NCBI GenBank assembly: GCA_017541885.1
Contig: JAFXYF010000014.1
Coordinates: forward strand, 1,930 to 65,929
Source: Bacilli bacterium
GTDB lineage: Bacteria; Bacillota_I; Bacilli_A; RF39; UBA660
DNA length: 64,000 nucleotides
Direction: 5' to 3'
The notes under the pieces are model-generated. The model worked only from the letters and a program-made list of their open reading frames with translations, was not told the DNA's origin and did not search any database. The position numbers were made by a program, and so were the translations under genes. Below are positions 42,954 to 50,469 of the stretch, one piece after another; position 1 is the first letter of the stretch; each line of letters begins with the position of its first letter.

Positions 42954-43913
42954 CTAACTACTAGATAGGGATATTGCAACATCCCATCCACACCAATTAG
43001 CAGTTCTACAACGATTATTGTAGTTATAAGTATAATTGAATAATTCTTCAGGTGAATAACAACCATTAGATGTAGGTCTTGAAGGATTATATAGATAAAT
43101 CTTATCACTAGAACATTGTATATTAGGTCCTGCAACTGCCCAGTGTCCAGGCATACCAAACATTACAGATTTACCAGAGTTAACTGCTCTAAGTATTCTA
43201 GAACCTTCAATAGAATTATACTCTGTGCCATAGTTCTTATCATTTTGTCCTGTTTTATTAAATAAAGCTTCACCTGTAAGACCAAAGTTATCTAATGTAT
43301 CTTTAGACATTACAGCATTTTCATGTAATCCACCATCAGATAAACTATATTTATTAGAACAGAACCATCTCGCAACAGTAGGTGGATTATAAGATGGATG
43401 AACATAAGAAGATGCAATCATTGCGAAAGATACTGCTCCACATCCAGAATTTGCGATAGTATTTTCTCCGCTACAGAATAAATCATTAGGATAATTTCCT
43501 TGACTATAATAAACTAATTCTTTTAGTACTTTTACATTACCAGTTAAATACATATCAGGATCATATAATATAGAAGTTTTACTCCTATCATCAATTGGAA
43601 TATAAGTAGAGTTCATATGAACATTACCAGCTAATTCCCAACAAGAACTAATAGAAGTAGTCTCTCCCAAAGCACCTAAAACTACATTAACAATAACCGG
43701 TACAAAGAAAACCATAAATAAAGCAATTATAGAATTCTTTACCTTTTTAATTAATTTATTATTATCAGGATCTCTTACTAATTGAATAAAAGTAATTGAT
43801 AAGCTAACAATACATAAAATAGGGGCAATAATCTGAAATAGATTTAATAATCTTTTTACAACTGCCAAAATACCTACTAATGCATAGTCGTAGCAGCTAC
43901 TGACAATATTCAT
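42954..43913 (-). CDS. Membrane-tethered papain-like (C39-like/peptidase_C39_2-type) cysteine peptidase domain protein
   Basis: Two N-terminal TM helices separated by a short charged loop (...IQLVRDPDNNKLIKKVKN...). The extracytoplasmic domain has a Cys motif NSGCGAVSFAMI and a His motif GMPGHWAVAG. Confidence 0.55.
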   Translation of the reverse strand: MNIVSSCYDYALVGILAVVKRLLNLFQIIAPILCIVSLSITFIQLVRDPDNNKLIKKVKNSIIALFMVFFVPVIVNVVLGALGETTSISSCWELAGNVHMNSTYIPIDDRSKTSILYDPDMYLTGNVKVLKELVYYSQGNYPNDLFCSGENTIANSGCGAVSFAMIASSYVHPSYNPPTVARWFCSNKYSLSDGGLHENAVMSKDTLDNFGLTGEALFNKTGQNDKNYGTEYNSIEGSRILRAVNSGKSVMFGMPGHWAVAGPNIQCSSDKIYLYNPSRPTSNGCYSPEELFNYTYNYNNRCRTANWCGWDVAISLSSS

Positions 43914-43925
43914 AAATACTCCTTT

Positions 43926-44621
43926 CTATATCACTAAAACAAGTAAAAATGTAAATAAATTATGCATCATGTGTAGACATATAGTTGTATAAATAGTATT
44001 TGTTTTGTGATATGCAAATGCAAATGCTCCACCTAAAGCTCCATATGGAATAATATATAGCCAATCAACAAATGTAGAAGCCATACTAGATACATGAGCA
44101 TAACCAAACATTAAAAATGATAAAATAACAAATATTTCTCTTCTTTTAAATACATCATATAAAGTTTTTCTAAAAACTATTTCTTCAATAATAGGTGCAA
44201 GTACACATACATTAAGACCCATAATTAATGGTAAAGAATGAATCATAGATCTAACTAAATTTTCATTATTCGCACCATTTGCATGAAAGAATACTAATAA
44301 GATACTGTTAGATAAAACCATAATTATAAGACCAACAACCCAACAAGCAATACCAGTATCCATATTTTTCTTCCAGTCTTTTTTAAATATCTTAAAGTCT
44401 TCTTTTAAATCTTTATAATAAATACATATAAGTATAAATAATAATATTAAATCAGAAAAAGCACTAAGTAAGACACTTATTCTAGTATTACCAGCAAAAT
44501 TACTTAATTGTTCATTAAATAATCTAAAAGGAATGTATTGAAAATAAACTGATCCATAGAATAAACATAAAACTATTAGACCTTTTATAATCTTGTCGAT
44601 TCTATCATTCAAGATTTTCAT
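43926..44621 (-). CDS. CPBP-family intramembrane glutamic endopeptidase (CAAX protease/Abi-like)
   Basis: Motif 1 EEIVFRKTLY, motif 2 FGYAHV, motif 3 HMMHN. Polytopic membrane protein. Confidence 0.85.
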   Translation of the reverse strand: MKILNDRIDKIIKGLIVLCLFYGSVYFQYIPFRLFNEQLSNFAGNTRISVLLSAFSDLILLFILICIYYKDLKEDFKIFKKDWKKNMDTGIACWVVGLIIMVLSNSILLVFFHANGANNENLVRSMIHSLPLIMGLNVCVLAPIIEEIVFRKTLYDVFKRREIFVILSFLMFGYAHVSSMASTFVDWLYIIPYGALGGAFAFAYHKTNTIYTTICLHMMHNLFTFLLVLVI

Positions 44622-44684
44622 ACTATCACCAATTATAAAATATCATAAAATAGAAGAATAATAAAGAAAATAGATTAAAAATAC

Positions 44685-44710
44685 TTGTCTAATTGTCTAA
44701 TTCTAGAATT
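44685..44710. promoter_or_regulatory. Direct repeat plus palindrome in a divergent intergenic region (candidate operator)
   Basis: TTGTCTAA TTGTCTAA (44685-44700), overlapping the 12-bp perfect palindrome AATTCTAGAATT (44699-44710). Confidence 0.3.
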
Positions 44711-44765
44711 GATTTTTATTATTTTTTATAATATAATTTTAATAGTAGGATAAGGAGTGTTATAA

Positions 44766-45782
44766 ATGGAAGAATTAGAAGAATTTGAAATAGTAGAAGA
44801 TAAAAAGGATGAAGTAGTAATTTATAGAGACAAAGATGATTTAAAAAGAGTATTTGTAACTAAGCCAGTACTAGATAAATTCAAAATAGAAATGCCTTAC
44901 TATAAATTATGTTTAGACAATGGTGATGAATTATATGAGATTAAACCAGAAGAAGCTATTTATATCATTGAAAATGCCGATAATAGATTTGCTCCTTATG
45001 ATATTCGTTATCAAAACTTTGATTTTAATAATGAATTAGAAGATGAAACACAAGAAACTGTTCGTAGACAAATGGAAGAACCAATGGACGTTATTAAAAT
45101 CTATAGAGATGTTAATAGATCAGAAAGAGCTTTTGTAACAAAAGATGTAATGATGAGATTCCATTTAGATGATGATCATCATAAAGTATTACTAGGAGAT
45201 TTCATAGTATATGAAATAGATCCAACAGAAGCAATTAATATTATCAATAATAGTACAAATAAATATGCTCCATATCAAATAGAGTATGTAGCAATTGAAT
45301 TTGATAATGATAAAACAGTAGAAAAAGAAGATACTGTAGAAGAAGCTAAGGAAGAGCCTATTAAAGAAGAAAAAGTAGAAGAAAAGCAAGTTGAGAAAAA
45401 AGAAGAAGATGAATATAGACCTAGACCTAGACTTAGAAGAGAAAATGAATCAGATGAATTATATGCCGCATATCTAGAAGGATACTATGATAGAATGTTT
45501 AATGTAATTCCTGAAAAAGAAAACTTAAGCAAAAAAGAAAAACAACAACCAGTAATTCTACCAAAAGAAGAAAAACATTCTGATCAAAAATATGATAAAG
45601 AATATCTTAAATTATTAAAAGATAGTATTTTAAATAAAAAAGTTCTAGATTCAGTAAAAGCTGAAAATGTTATTAAACAAAGAAAACAAAGAAAAGATGA
45701 AACTGATGAAGAATATAATGCATATCTATCAATGTTCTATGGAACACCAGACCAAGAAGATGAGAATGTAAAATCAAAATAA
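44766..45782 (+). CDS. Hypothetical protein with an internally duplicated roughly 80-aa domain and a K/E-rich tail
   Basis: Repeat 1 VVIYRDKDDLKRVFVTKPVL...YEIKPEEAIYIIENADNRFAPYDIRY. Repeat 2 IKIYRDVNRSERAFVTKDVM...YEIDPTEAINIINNSTNKYAPYQIEY. AAGGAG RBS. Confidence 0.6.
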   Translation: MEELEEFEIVEDKKDEVVIYRDKDDLKRVFVTKPVLDKFKIEMPYYKLCLDNGDELYEIKPEEAIYIIENADNRFAPYDIRYQNFDFNNELEDETQETVRRQMEEPMDVIKIYRDVNRSERAFVTKDVMMRFHLDDDHHKVLLGDFIVYEIDPTEAINIINNSTNKYAPYQIEYVAIEFDNDKTVEKEDTVEEAKEEPIKEEKVEEKQVEKKEEDEYRPRPRLRRENESDELYAAYLEGYYDRMFNVIPEKENLSKKEKQQPVILPKEEKHSDQKYDKEYLKLLKDSILNKKVLDSVKAENVIKQRKQRKDETDEEYNAYLSMFYGTPDQEDENVKSK

Positions 45783-45783
45783 C

Positions 45784-45812
45784 TTGCAATTTAAGTAAAC
45801 AAATAGTATAAT
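45784..45812 (+). promoter_or_regulatory. Sigma-A promoter of rpsO
   Basis: TTGCAA, 17-nt spacer, TATAAT, followed by an 80-nt structured leader. Confidence 0.65.
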
Positions 45813-45892
45813 ACAAGTACTTACCGTTTCCAGGTAAATAGAATTTCCGACTTTTTACTTAGTTACGGTGGATTGATAGAAAGGAAGTGTTA

Positions 45893-46165
45893 ATGATGGC
45901 TTTAACAAAAGAAGAAAAGGCAAAGATCATTAAGGATTTCGCTAAGAGTGCAAATGATACTGGTTCAGCTGAAGTTCAAATCGCAATTCTTTCAAAAGAA
46001 ATTGATGAATTAACTGAACACTTAAAAGTACACACTCACGATTTCCATTCACGTAGAGGATTATTAAAGAAAGTAGGACAACGTAGAAATATGTTACAAT
46101 ACTTAGCTAAGAAAGATCTTCCAAGTTATCGTGAAGTAATTAAAAAATTAGGTTTAAGAAAGTAG
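45893..46165 (+). CDS. rpsO: 30S ribosomal protein S15
   Basis: [12 protein letters not shown]...GSAEVQIA...[23 protein letters not shown] is the typical S15 pattern. The start is ATG 45893 or 45896. Confidence 0.95.
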   Translation: MMALTKEEKAKIIKDFAKSANDTGSAEVQIAILSKEIDELTEHLKVHTHDFHSRRGLLKKVGQRRNMLQYLAKKDLPSYREVIKKLGLRK

Positions 46166-46191
46166 ACACAATTTTTAGTGTCTATTTTTTT
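46163..46191 (+). terminator. Intrinsic terminator of rpsO
   Basis: Stem TAGACAC/GTGTCTA followed by T7. Confidence 0.75.
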
Positions 46192-46208
46192 AATTAGAGG
46201 GGATTAAG

Positions 46209-46850
46209 TTGAAAAAGAAGAATATATTTATTGGCTTTAATAAAGATAAGGAAAGATGTTTATTATATAAAATAGATGAAAATAGTTTTGTTGATTTAGA
46301 AACAAATACTAAATATACAGTAGATGATTTATTAGAAACAACAATCTTACCTTATAATAGATTTATTTCATTAAAAGGATTTGCTTCTAAAAAGAAAGCA
46401 AAAAAGAAATATCAAAAAGATGCAAATGAAAGAATTAGAGTAGATGAGTTATTTATAGGAGATTTAGGAGAAGTAACTAGTGTTTATGGTTTTAAAGAAA
46501 GCATAACTAAAGTTAATTTAGAACCATACATGCAGTTTATGTGTGCATATTGTAATATACCAATGATAAATGAAGATTGGTATATGCCTAAGATAATTGA
46601 TTATAAATACTCATATAAAATAATTGCCAAAGACATCTTATTACAAAGAGTAGATAATGATAATAAAGATCCTGATTACATATGTCTTATTTCAAATACA
46701 AAGATATCTCATAAAGATGGAATGTTACAAAAAGGAGACATTATAGTAGGACCTAATCTAAAACCTTTTAAAGAAGTAATAGAAGTAGAAGAAGGATTAA
46801 TGCCAAAGGACAAAGTTATGGAACTTCATATAAGGAACAGAACTAAATAG
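46209..46850 (+). CDS. Hypothetical protein inserted between rpsO and pnp
   Basis: 213-aa ORF with a TTG start after GAGGGG. I recognise no motif. Confidence 0.4.
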   Translation: MKKKNIFIGFNKDKERCLLYKIDENSFVDLETNTKYTVDDLLETTILPYNRFISLKGFASKKKAKKKYQKDANERIRVDELFIGDLGEVTSVYGFKESITKVNLEPYMQFMCAYCNIPMINEDWYMPKIIDYKYSYKIIAKDILLQRVDNDNKDPDYICLISNTKISHKDGMLQKGDIIVGPNLKPFKEVIEVEEGLMPKDKVMELHIRNRTK

Positions 46851-46882
46851 TAGACAATTAATTATACATAAGAGGAGTAAAT

Positions 46883-49090
46883 ATGGAAAAGAAAGTATAT
46901 GAATTTGATTTCTATGGAAGAAAAATTGTAGTAGAACATGGAGAATTAGCTAAACAAGCAGATGGAGCAGTTCTAGTTCGTTACAATGACACAGTTATTT
47001 TAACTGCTGCTGTTGTATCAAAAAATGTTAATCTATTGTCAGATTTCTTCCCACTAACAGTAAACTATCAAGAAAAGTTATATTCTGTTGGTAAAATCCC
47101 AGGAGGATTTATTAAAAGAGAAGGTAGACCTAGTGATGCTGCAACATTAGCTGCAAGAATGATTGATAGACCAATGCGTCCACTATTCCCAGAAGGATTC
47201 AAAAATGAAGTACAAATCATTTCAACAGTTTTATCAGTAGATCAAGATTGTTCTCCTGAGTTAACTGCAATGTTAGCATCTAGTTTAGCAGTATCTATTT
47301 CAAAGATTCCATTCAATGGACCAATTGCTGGTGTAAAAGTAGGTAGAGTAAATGGTGAATTTATTATTAACCCAACTCCAGAAGAATGTGAAATTTCTGA
47401 ATTAGAGTTAACTGTTGCTGGTACAAAAGATGCTATTAACATGGTTGAGTCTTCAGCTAAACAAGTATCTGAAGATGTAATGTTAGAAGCATTAATGTTT
47501 GGACATGAAGCAATTAAAAAATTAATTAGTTTCGAAGAAAAAATTATTAATGAAATTGGAGAAGAGAAAATGGAATATGAAACTCTTACTCCAGAACCAG
47601 AACTAATCGAAAGAATTAAAGGATTAGTAACTGATAAGATGGATAAAGCTCTAAGAATTAAAGAAAAATTAGAGAAATATGCCGCTATTGATGCAATCAA
47701 AGAAGAAATGAATGAGTTATTCACAAAAGAAAATGAAGACTCAATGAAAGAAGAAGAATTAAAAGAGTTACTTGTTAAAGTACAAATGGTTGTATCTGAT
47801 ATTGAATATAACTTATTCAGAAGTATCGTTGTTAAAGAAGGTAAGAGAGCAGACGGAAGAAAGATGGATGAAATTAGGCCATTATCAACAGATATAGATT
47901 TACTTCCAAGAACTCATGGATCTGCATTATTCACAAGAGGTGAAACTCAAGCTTTATCTGTAACAACATTAGGTGCTTTAAATGAACATCAAATTATTGA
48001 TGGTTTAGGTTTAGAAGATCAAAAGAGATTTATGTTACATTATAACTTCCCACAATTCTCAGTAGGAGAAACAGGAAGATATGGTTCACCAGGTAGACGT
48101 GAAATTGGTCATGGTGCTTTAGGAGAAAAAGCTTTAGCTCAAGTTATTCCAAGTGAAGAAGAATTCCCATATACAATAAGAGTTGTATCAGAAATTCTAG
48201 AATCAAATGGATCTTCATCTCAAGCATCTATTTGTGCAGGATGTATGTCACTAATGGCTGCAGGAGTTCCTATTAAAGCTCCAGTTGCAGGTATCGCAAT
48301 GGGATTAATTACTCATGAAGATGATTATACAATCCTAACAGATATTCAAGGTATGGAAGATCACTTAGGTGATATGGACTTTAAAGTAGCTGGTACAGAA
48401 AAAGGTATTACAGCACTTCAAATGGATATTAAGATCAGTGGTATCACAGAATCAATCTTAAAAGAAGCATTAGCTCAAGCTAAGAAAGCAAGATTACAAA
48501 TCTTGGATGTAATTAAGAAACAAATTCCAGAACCAAGACCTGAAGTATCTAAGTATGCTCCAAAGATGGAAACATTCATGATCAACCCTGCTAAGATTAA
48601 AGATGTTATTGGTAAGGGTGGAGAAATGATTACTAAGATCATTTGCGAAGCATCAAATGTTACAGAAGTTACAAATGTAAATGCTGTTAAAGTAGAATTA
48701 GAAGATGATGGTAGAGTTATTATTTACCACTCTGATAGAGATATAATTAATAAGACACGTGAAATGATTGAAGAAATCGTACGTGAAGTAGAAGTTGGAA
48801 AAATTTATGAAGCAAAAGTAGTTAAAGTAGAAGACTTCGGATGTTTCGTACAATTATGGCCAGGATGCGAAGGAATGGTACATGTATCACAACTTGCTCA
48901 TGAACGTGTTGAAAAAGCTGGTGATGTAGTTTCAGTTGGAGACGAAATCATTGTAAAAGCTTTAGGAATGGATAAGAGAGGAAGACAAAACTTCTCAAGA
49001 AAAGACGCTCTTCCAGCTCCAAAAGAAAAAAAGACTAAAAAAGAAGACGAAAATAAAGTAGAAGAAACAGTTCCAGAAACTGAAGAATAG
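46883..49090 (+). CDS. pnp: Polyribonucleotide nucleotidyltransferase (PNPase)
   Basis: Two RNase PH domains (e.g. [31 protein letters not shown]), then KH (IGKGGEMI) and S1 ([18 protein letters not shown]) domains. Confidence 0.97.
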   Translation: MEKKVYEFDFYGRKIVVEHGELAKQADGAVLVRYNDTVILTAAVVSKNVNLLSDFFPLTVNYQEKLYSVGKIPGGFIKREGRPSDAATLAARMIDRPMRPLFPEGFKNEVQIISTVLSVDQDCSPELTAMLASSLAVSISKIPFNGPIAGVKVGRVNGEFIINPTPEECEISELELTVAGTKDAINMVESSAKQVSEDVMLEALMFGHEAIKKLISFEEKIINEIGEEKMEYETLTPEPELIERIKGLVTDKMDKALRIKEKLEKYAAIDAIKEEMNELFTKENEDSMKEEELKELLVKVQMVVSDIEYNLFRSIVVKEGKRADGRKMDEIRPLSTDIDLLPRTHGSALFTRGETQALSVTTLGALNEHQIIDGLGLEDQKRFMLHYNFPQFSVGETGRYGSPGRREIGHGALGEKALAQVIPSEEEFPYTIRVVSEILESNGSSSQASICAGCMSLMAAGVPIKAPVAGIAMGLITHEDDYTILTDIQGMEDHLGDMDFKVAGTEKGITALQMDIKISGITESILKEALAQAKKARLQILDVIKKQIPEPRPEVSKYAPKMETFMINPAKIKDVIGKGGEMITKIICEASNVTEVTNVNAVKVELEDDGRVIIYHSDRDIINKTREMIEEIVREVEVGKIYEAKVVKVEDFGCFVQLWPGCEGMVHVSQLAHERVEKAGDVVSVGDEIIVKALGMDKRGRQNFSRKDALPAPKEKKTKKEDENKVEETVPETEE

Positions 49091-49115
49091 AAGTGAAATC
49101 ACTTCTTTTCTTTTG
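49089..49115 (+). terminator. Intrinsic terminator of pnp
   Basis: Stem GAAGTGA/TCACTTC followed by a T-rich run. Confidence 0.65.
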
Positions 49116-49166
49116 CATTTTTATAATACTTGTGCTAGAATATATTGCATCAAACGGAGGAATTGT

Positions 49167-49514
49167 ATGGAATTTTTAAAATTACTATTAAAGTGGATCG
49201 TTATCGCAATTATTTTTGTTCTAATAATTGTATTATTAGTAAAGCTTGCACATCGTAATGAAAATTCTTCAACTAAATCTAAAGAACCAAAAGTAAACAT
49301 TGTTCAAAAAGAAAATAACAGAGTAAAAGAAGAACAACTAGATGAAGAGGATTCTCTAGAACCAATTGAAGATGATTATACAGAAACATCATATACAGTA
49401 GATTCACCAGATACAGCTTCAAATGGATTAGTAGAAACTTTATTAGGAGTAGTAATCCTAAGCTTTGGAGCAAGTTATATTTATAAATGTAGAACAGTAA
49501 AAGGAAACTCATAA
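49167..49514 (+). CDS. Small protein with an N-terminal TM, an acidic middle and a C-terminal sorting-signal-like tail
   Basis: GGAGG RBS before the ATG at 49167. N-terminal TM IVIAIIFVLIIVLLV. C-terminal SPDTASNG plus hydrophobic LVETLLGVVILSFGASYIY plus basic KCRTVK. Confidence 0.5.
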   Translation: MEFLKLLLKWIVIAIIFVLIIVLLVKLAHRNENSSTKSKEPKVNIVQKENNRVKEEQLDEEDSLEPIEDDYTETSYTVDSPDTASNGLVETLLGVVILSFGASYIYKCRTVKGNS

Positions 49515-49552
49515 AAGAGTTTCTTTTTTCATATAGTAGAATAGGTGATTCT

Positions 49553-50389
49553 ATGAAAATTACAAAGTACATAGTATTATTACTATTCTTACTAGTAAGT
49601 ATCTATTATACAAATTATTCAATAAGTGTTTTAAGAGAGAAAGATCCTATAATGAGAAAAATAGAAGATAGTATTTCAAAATATGAAATAAAACCAATTA
49701 ATGCTGAAATAATAGAAAATACTATTATTCCAGGATTAAAAGGAATAGAAGTAGATATAAATAAGAGTTTTAATGAAATGAAAAAATATGGATCATATAA
49801 TGAAGCAATGACTGTTCTAAAAGAAATAGAACCAACTATCTCAGTAAATAATCATTATGATAAATATATTAGTAGTGGAAATAAAGAAAATAGACTAGTC
49901 TCAATAATATTTAAAGTAGAAGAAAAGAAAGAAATATCAAAAGTAATAAGTATTTTAAAAGAAAAAGAAGTACCAGCTACTTTTTTTATTGATGGAAATG
50001 ATCTAGATAGATTCATAAGTATCATAAATAAAAACAAAAATAATCAATATGAAATATTATCATTTAAAGGTAAATATAATTCCTCTTTTATGAAAACATC
50101 AATGTCTTACTTAGAAAATATAACTAAGGAAAAAACAAATTATTGTTATACAGAAGAAGAAAATGATGAATTATTAAATCTATGTAGAAAAGAGAATAAA
50201 CACACAATTAAACCAAAATATATATTTAAAGATAATTTATTAAAACAAGTAAAAGAAAACTTAGAAAATGGCATGATTATATCTATCACAATAAACTCTT
50301 ATACAGAAGAAGAATTAAGTACAGTTATAGACTATATAAATAAAAAAGGATATAGATTCGTTACTGTAAACACTTTACTTACAGAGTAA
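49553..50389 (+). CDS. Polysaccharide deacetylase-like (YlxY-like) protein, apparently divergent
   Basis: N-terminal TM. NodB-like stretch VSIIFKVEEKKEISKVISILKEKEVPATFFIDGNDL. Syntenic position after pnp, as for B. subtilis ylxY. Confidence 0.45.
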   Translation: MKITKYIVLLLFLLVSIYYTNYSISVLREKDPIMRKIEDSISKYEIKPINAEIIENTIIPGLKGIEVDINKSFNEMKKYGSYNEAMTVLKEIEPTISVNNHYDKYISSGNKENRLVSIIFKVEEKKEISKVISILKEKEVPATFFIDGNDLDRFISIINKNKNNQYEILSFKGKYNSSFMKTSMSYLENITKEKTNYCYTEEENDELLNLCRKENKHTIKPKYIFKDNLLKQVKENLENGMIISITINSYTEEELSTVIDYINKKGYRFVTVNTLLTE

Positions 50390-50469
50390 TGTAAATTAAC
50401 AGTGCTATTTACAATATATAATTGTAAAACACTCCCAGTAATATTATAATTAAGCTAGGAGTATTGTAT

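Noticed and set aside
42947-43159. 70-aa minus-strand ORF overlapping the 3' end of the papain-like peptidase gene
   Set aside because: It is an alternative frame of the same strand inside a longer ORF with recognisable catalytic motifs. It has no independent RBS.
50390-50428. TTGTAA(A)/TGTAAAT motifs upstream of several surface-protein genes (24226 region, 33259-33285, 50390-50428, 53107 region) as a shared regulator site
   Set aside because: TTGTAA is a near-consensus -35 hexamer. At 50422-50427 it sits exactly 17 nt upstream of a TATAAT. The recurrence is most simply explained by promoters in AT-rich DNA. Only the long inverted repeat at 33241-33298 was kept as a finding.
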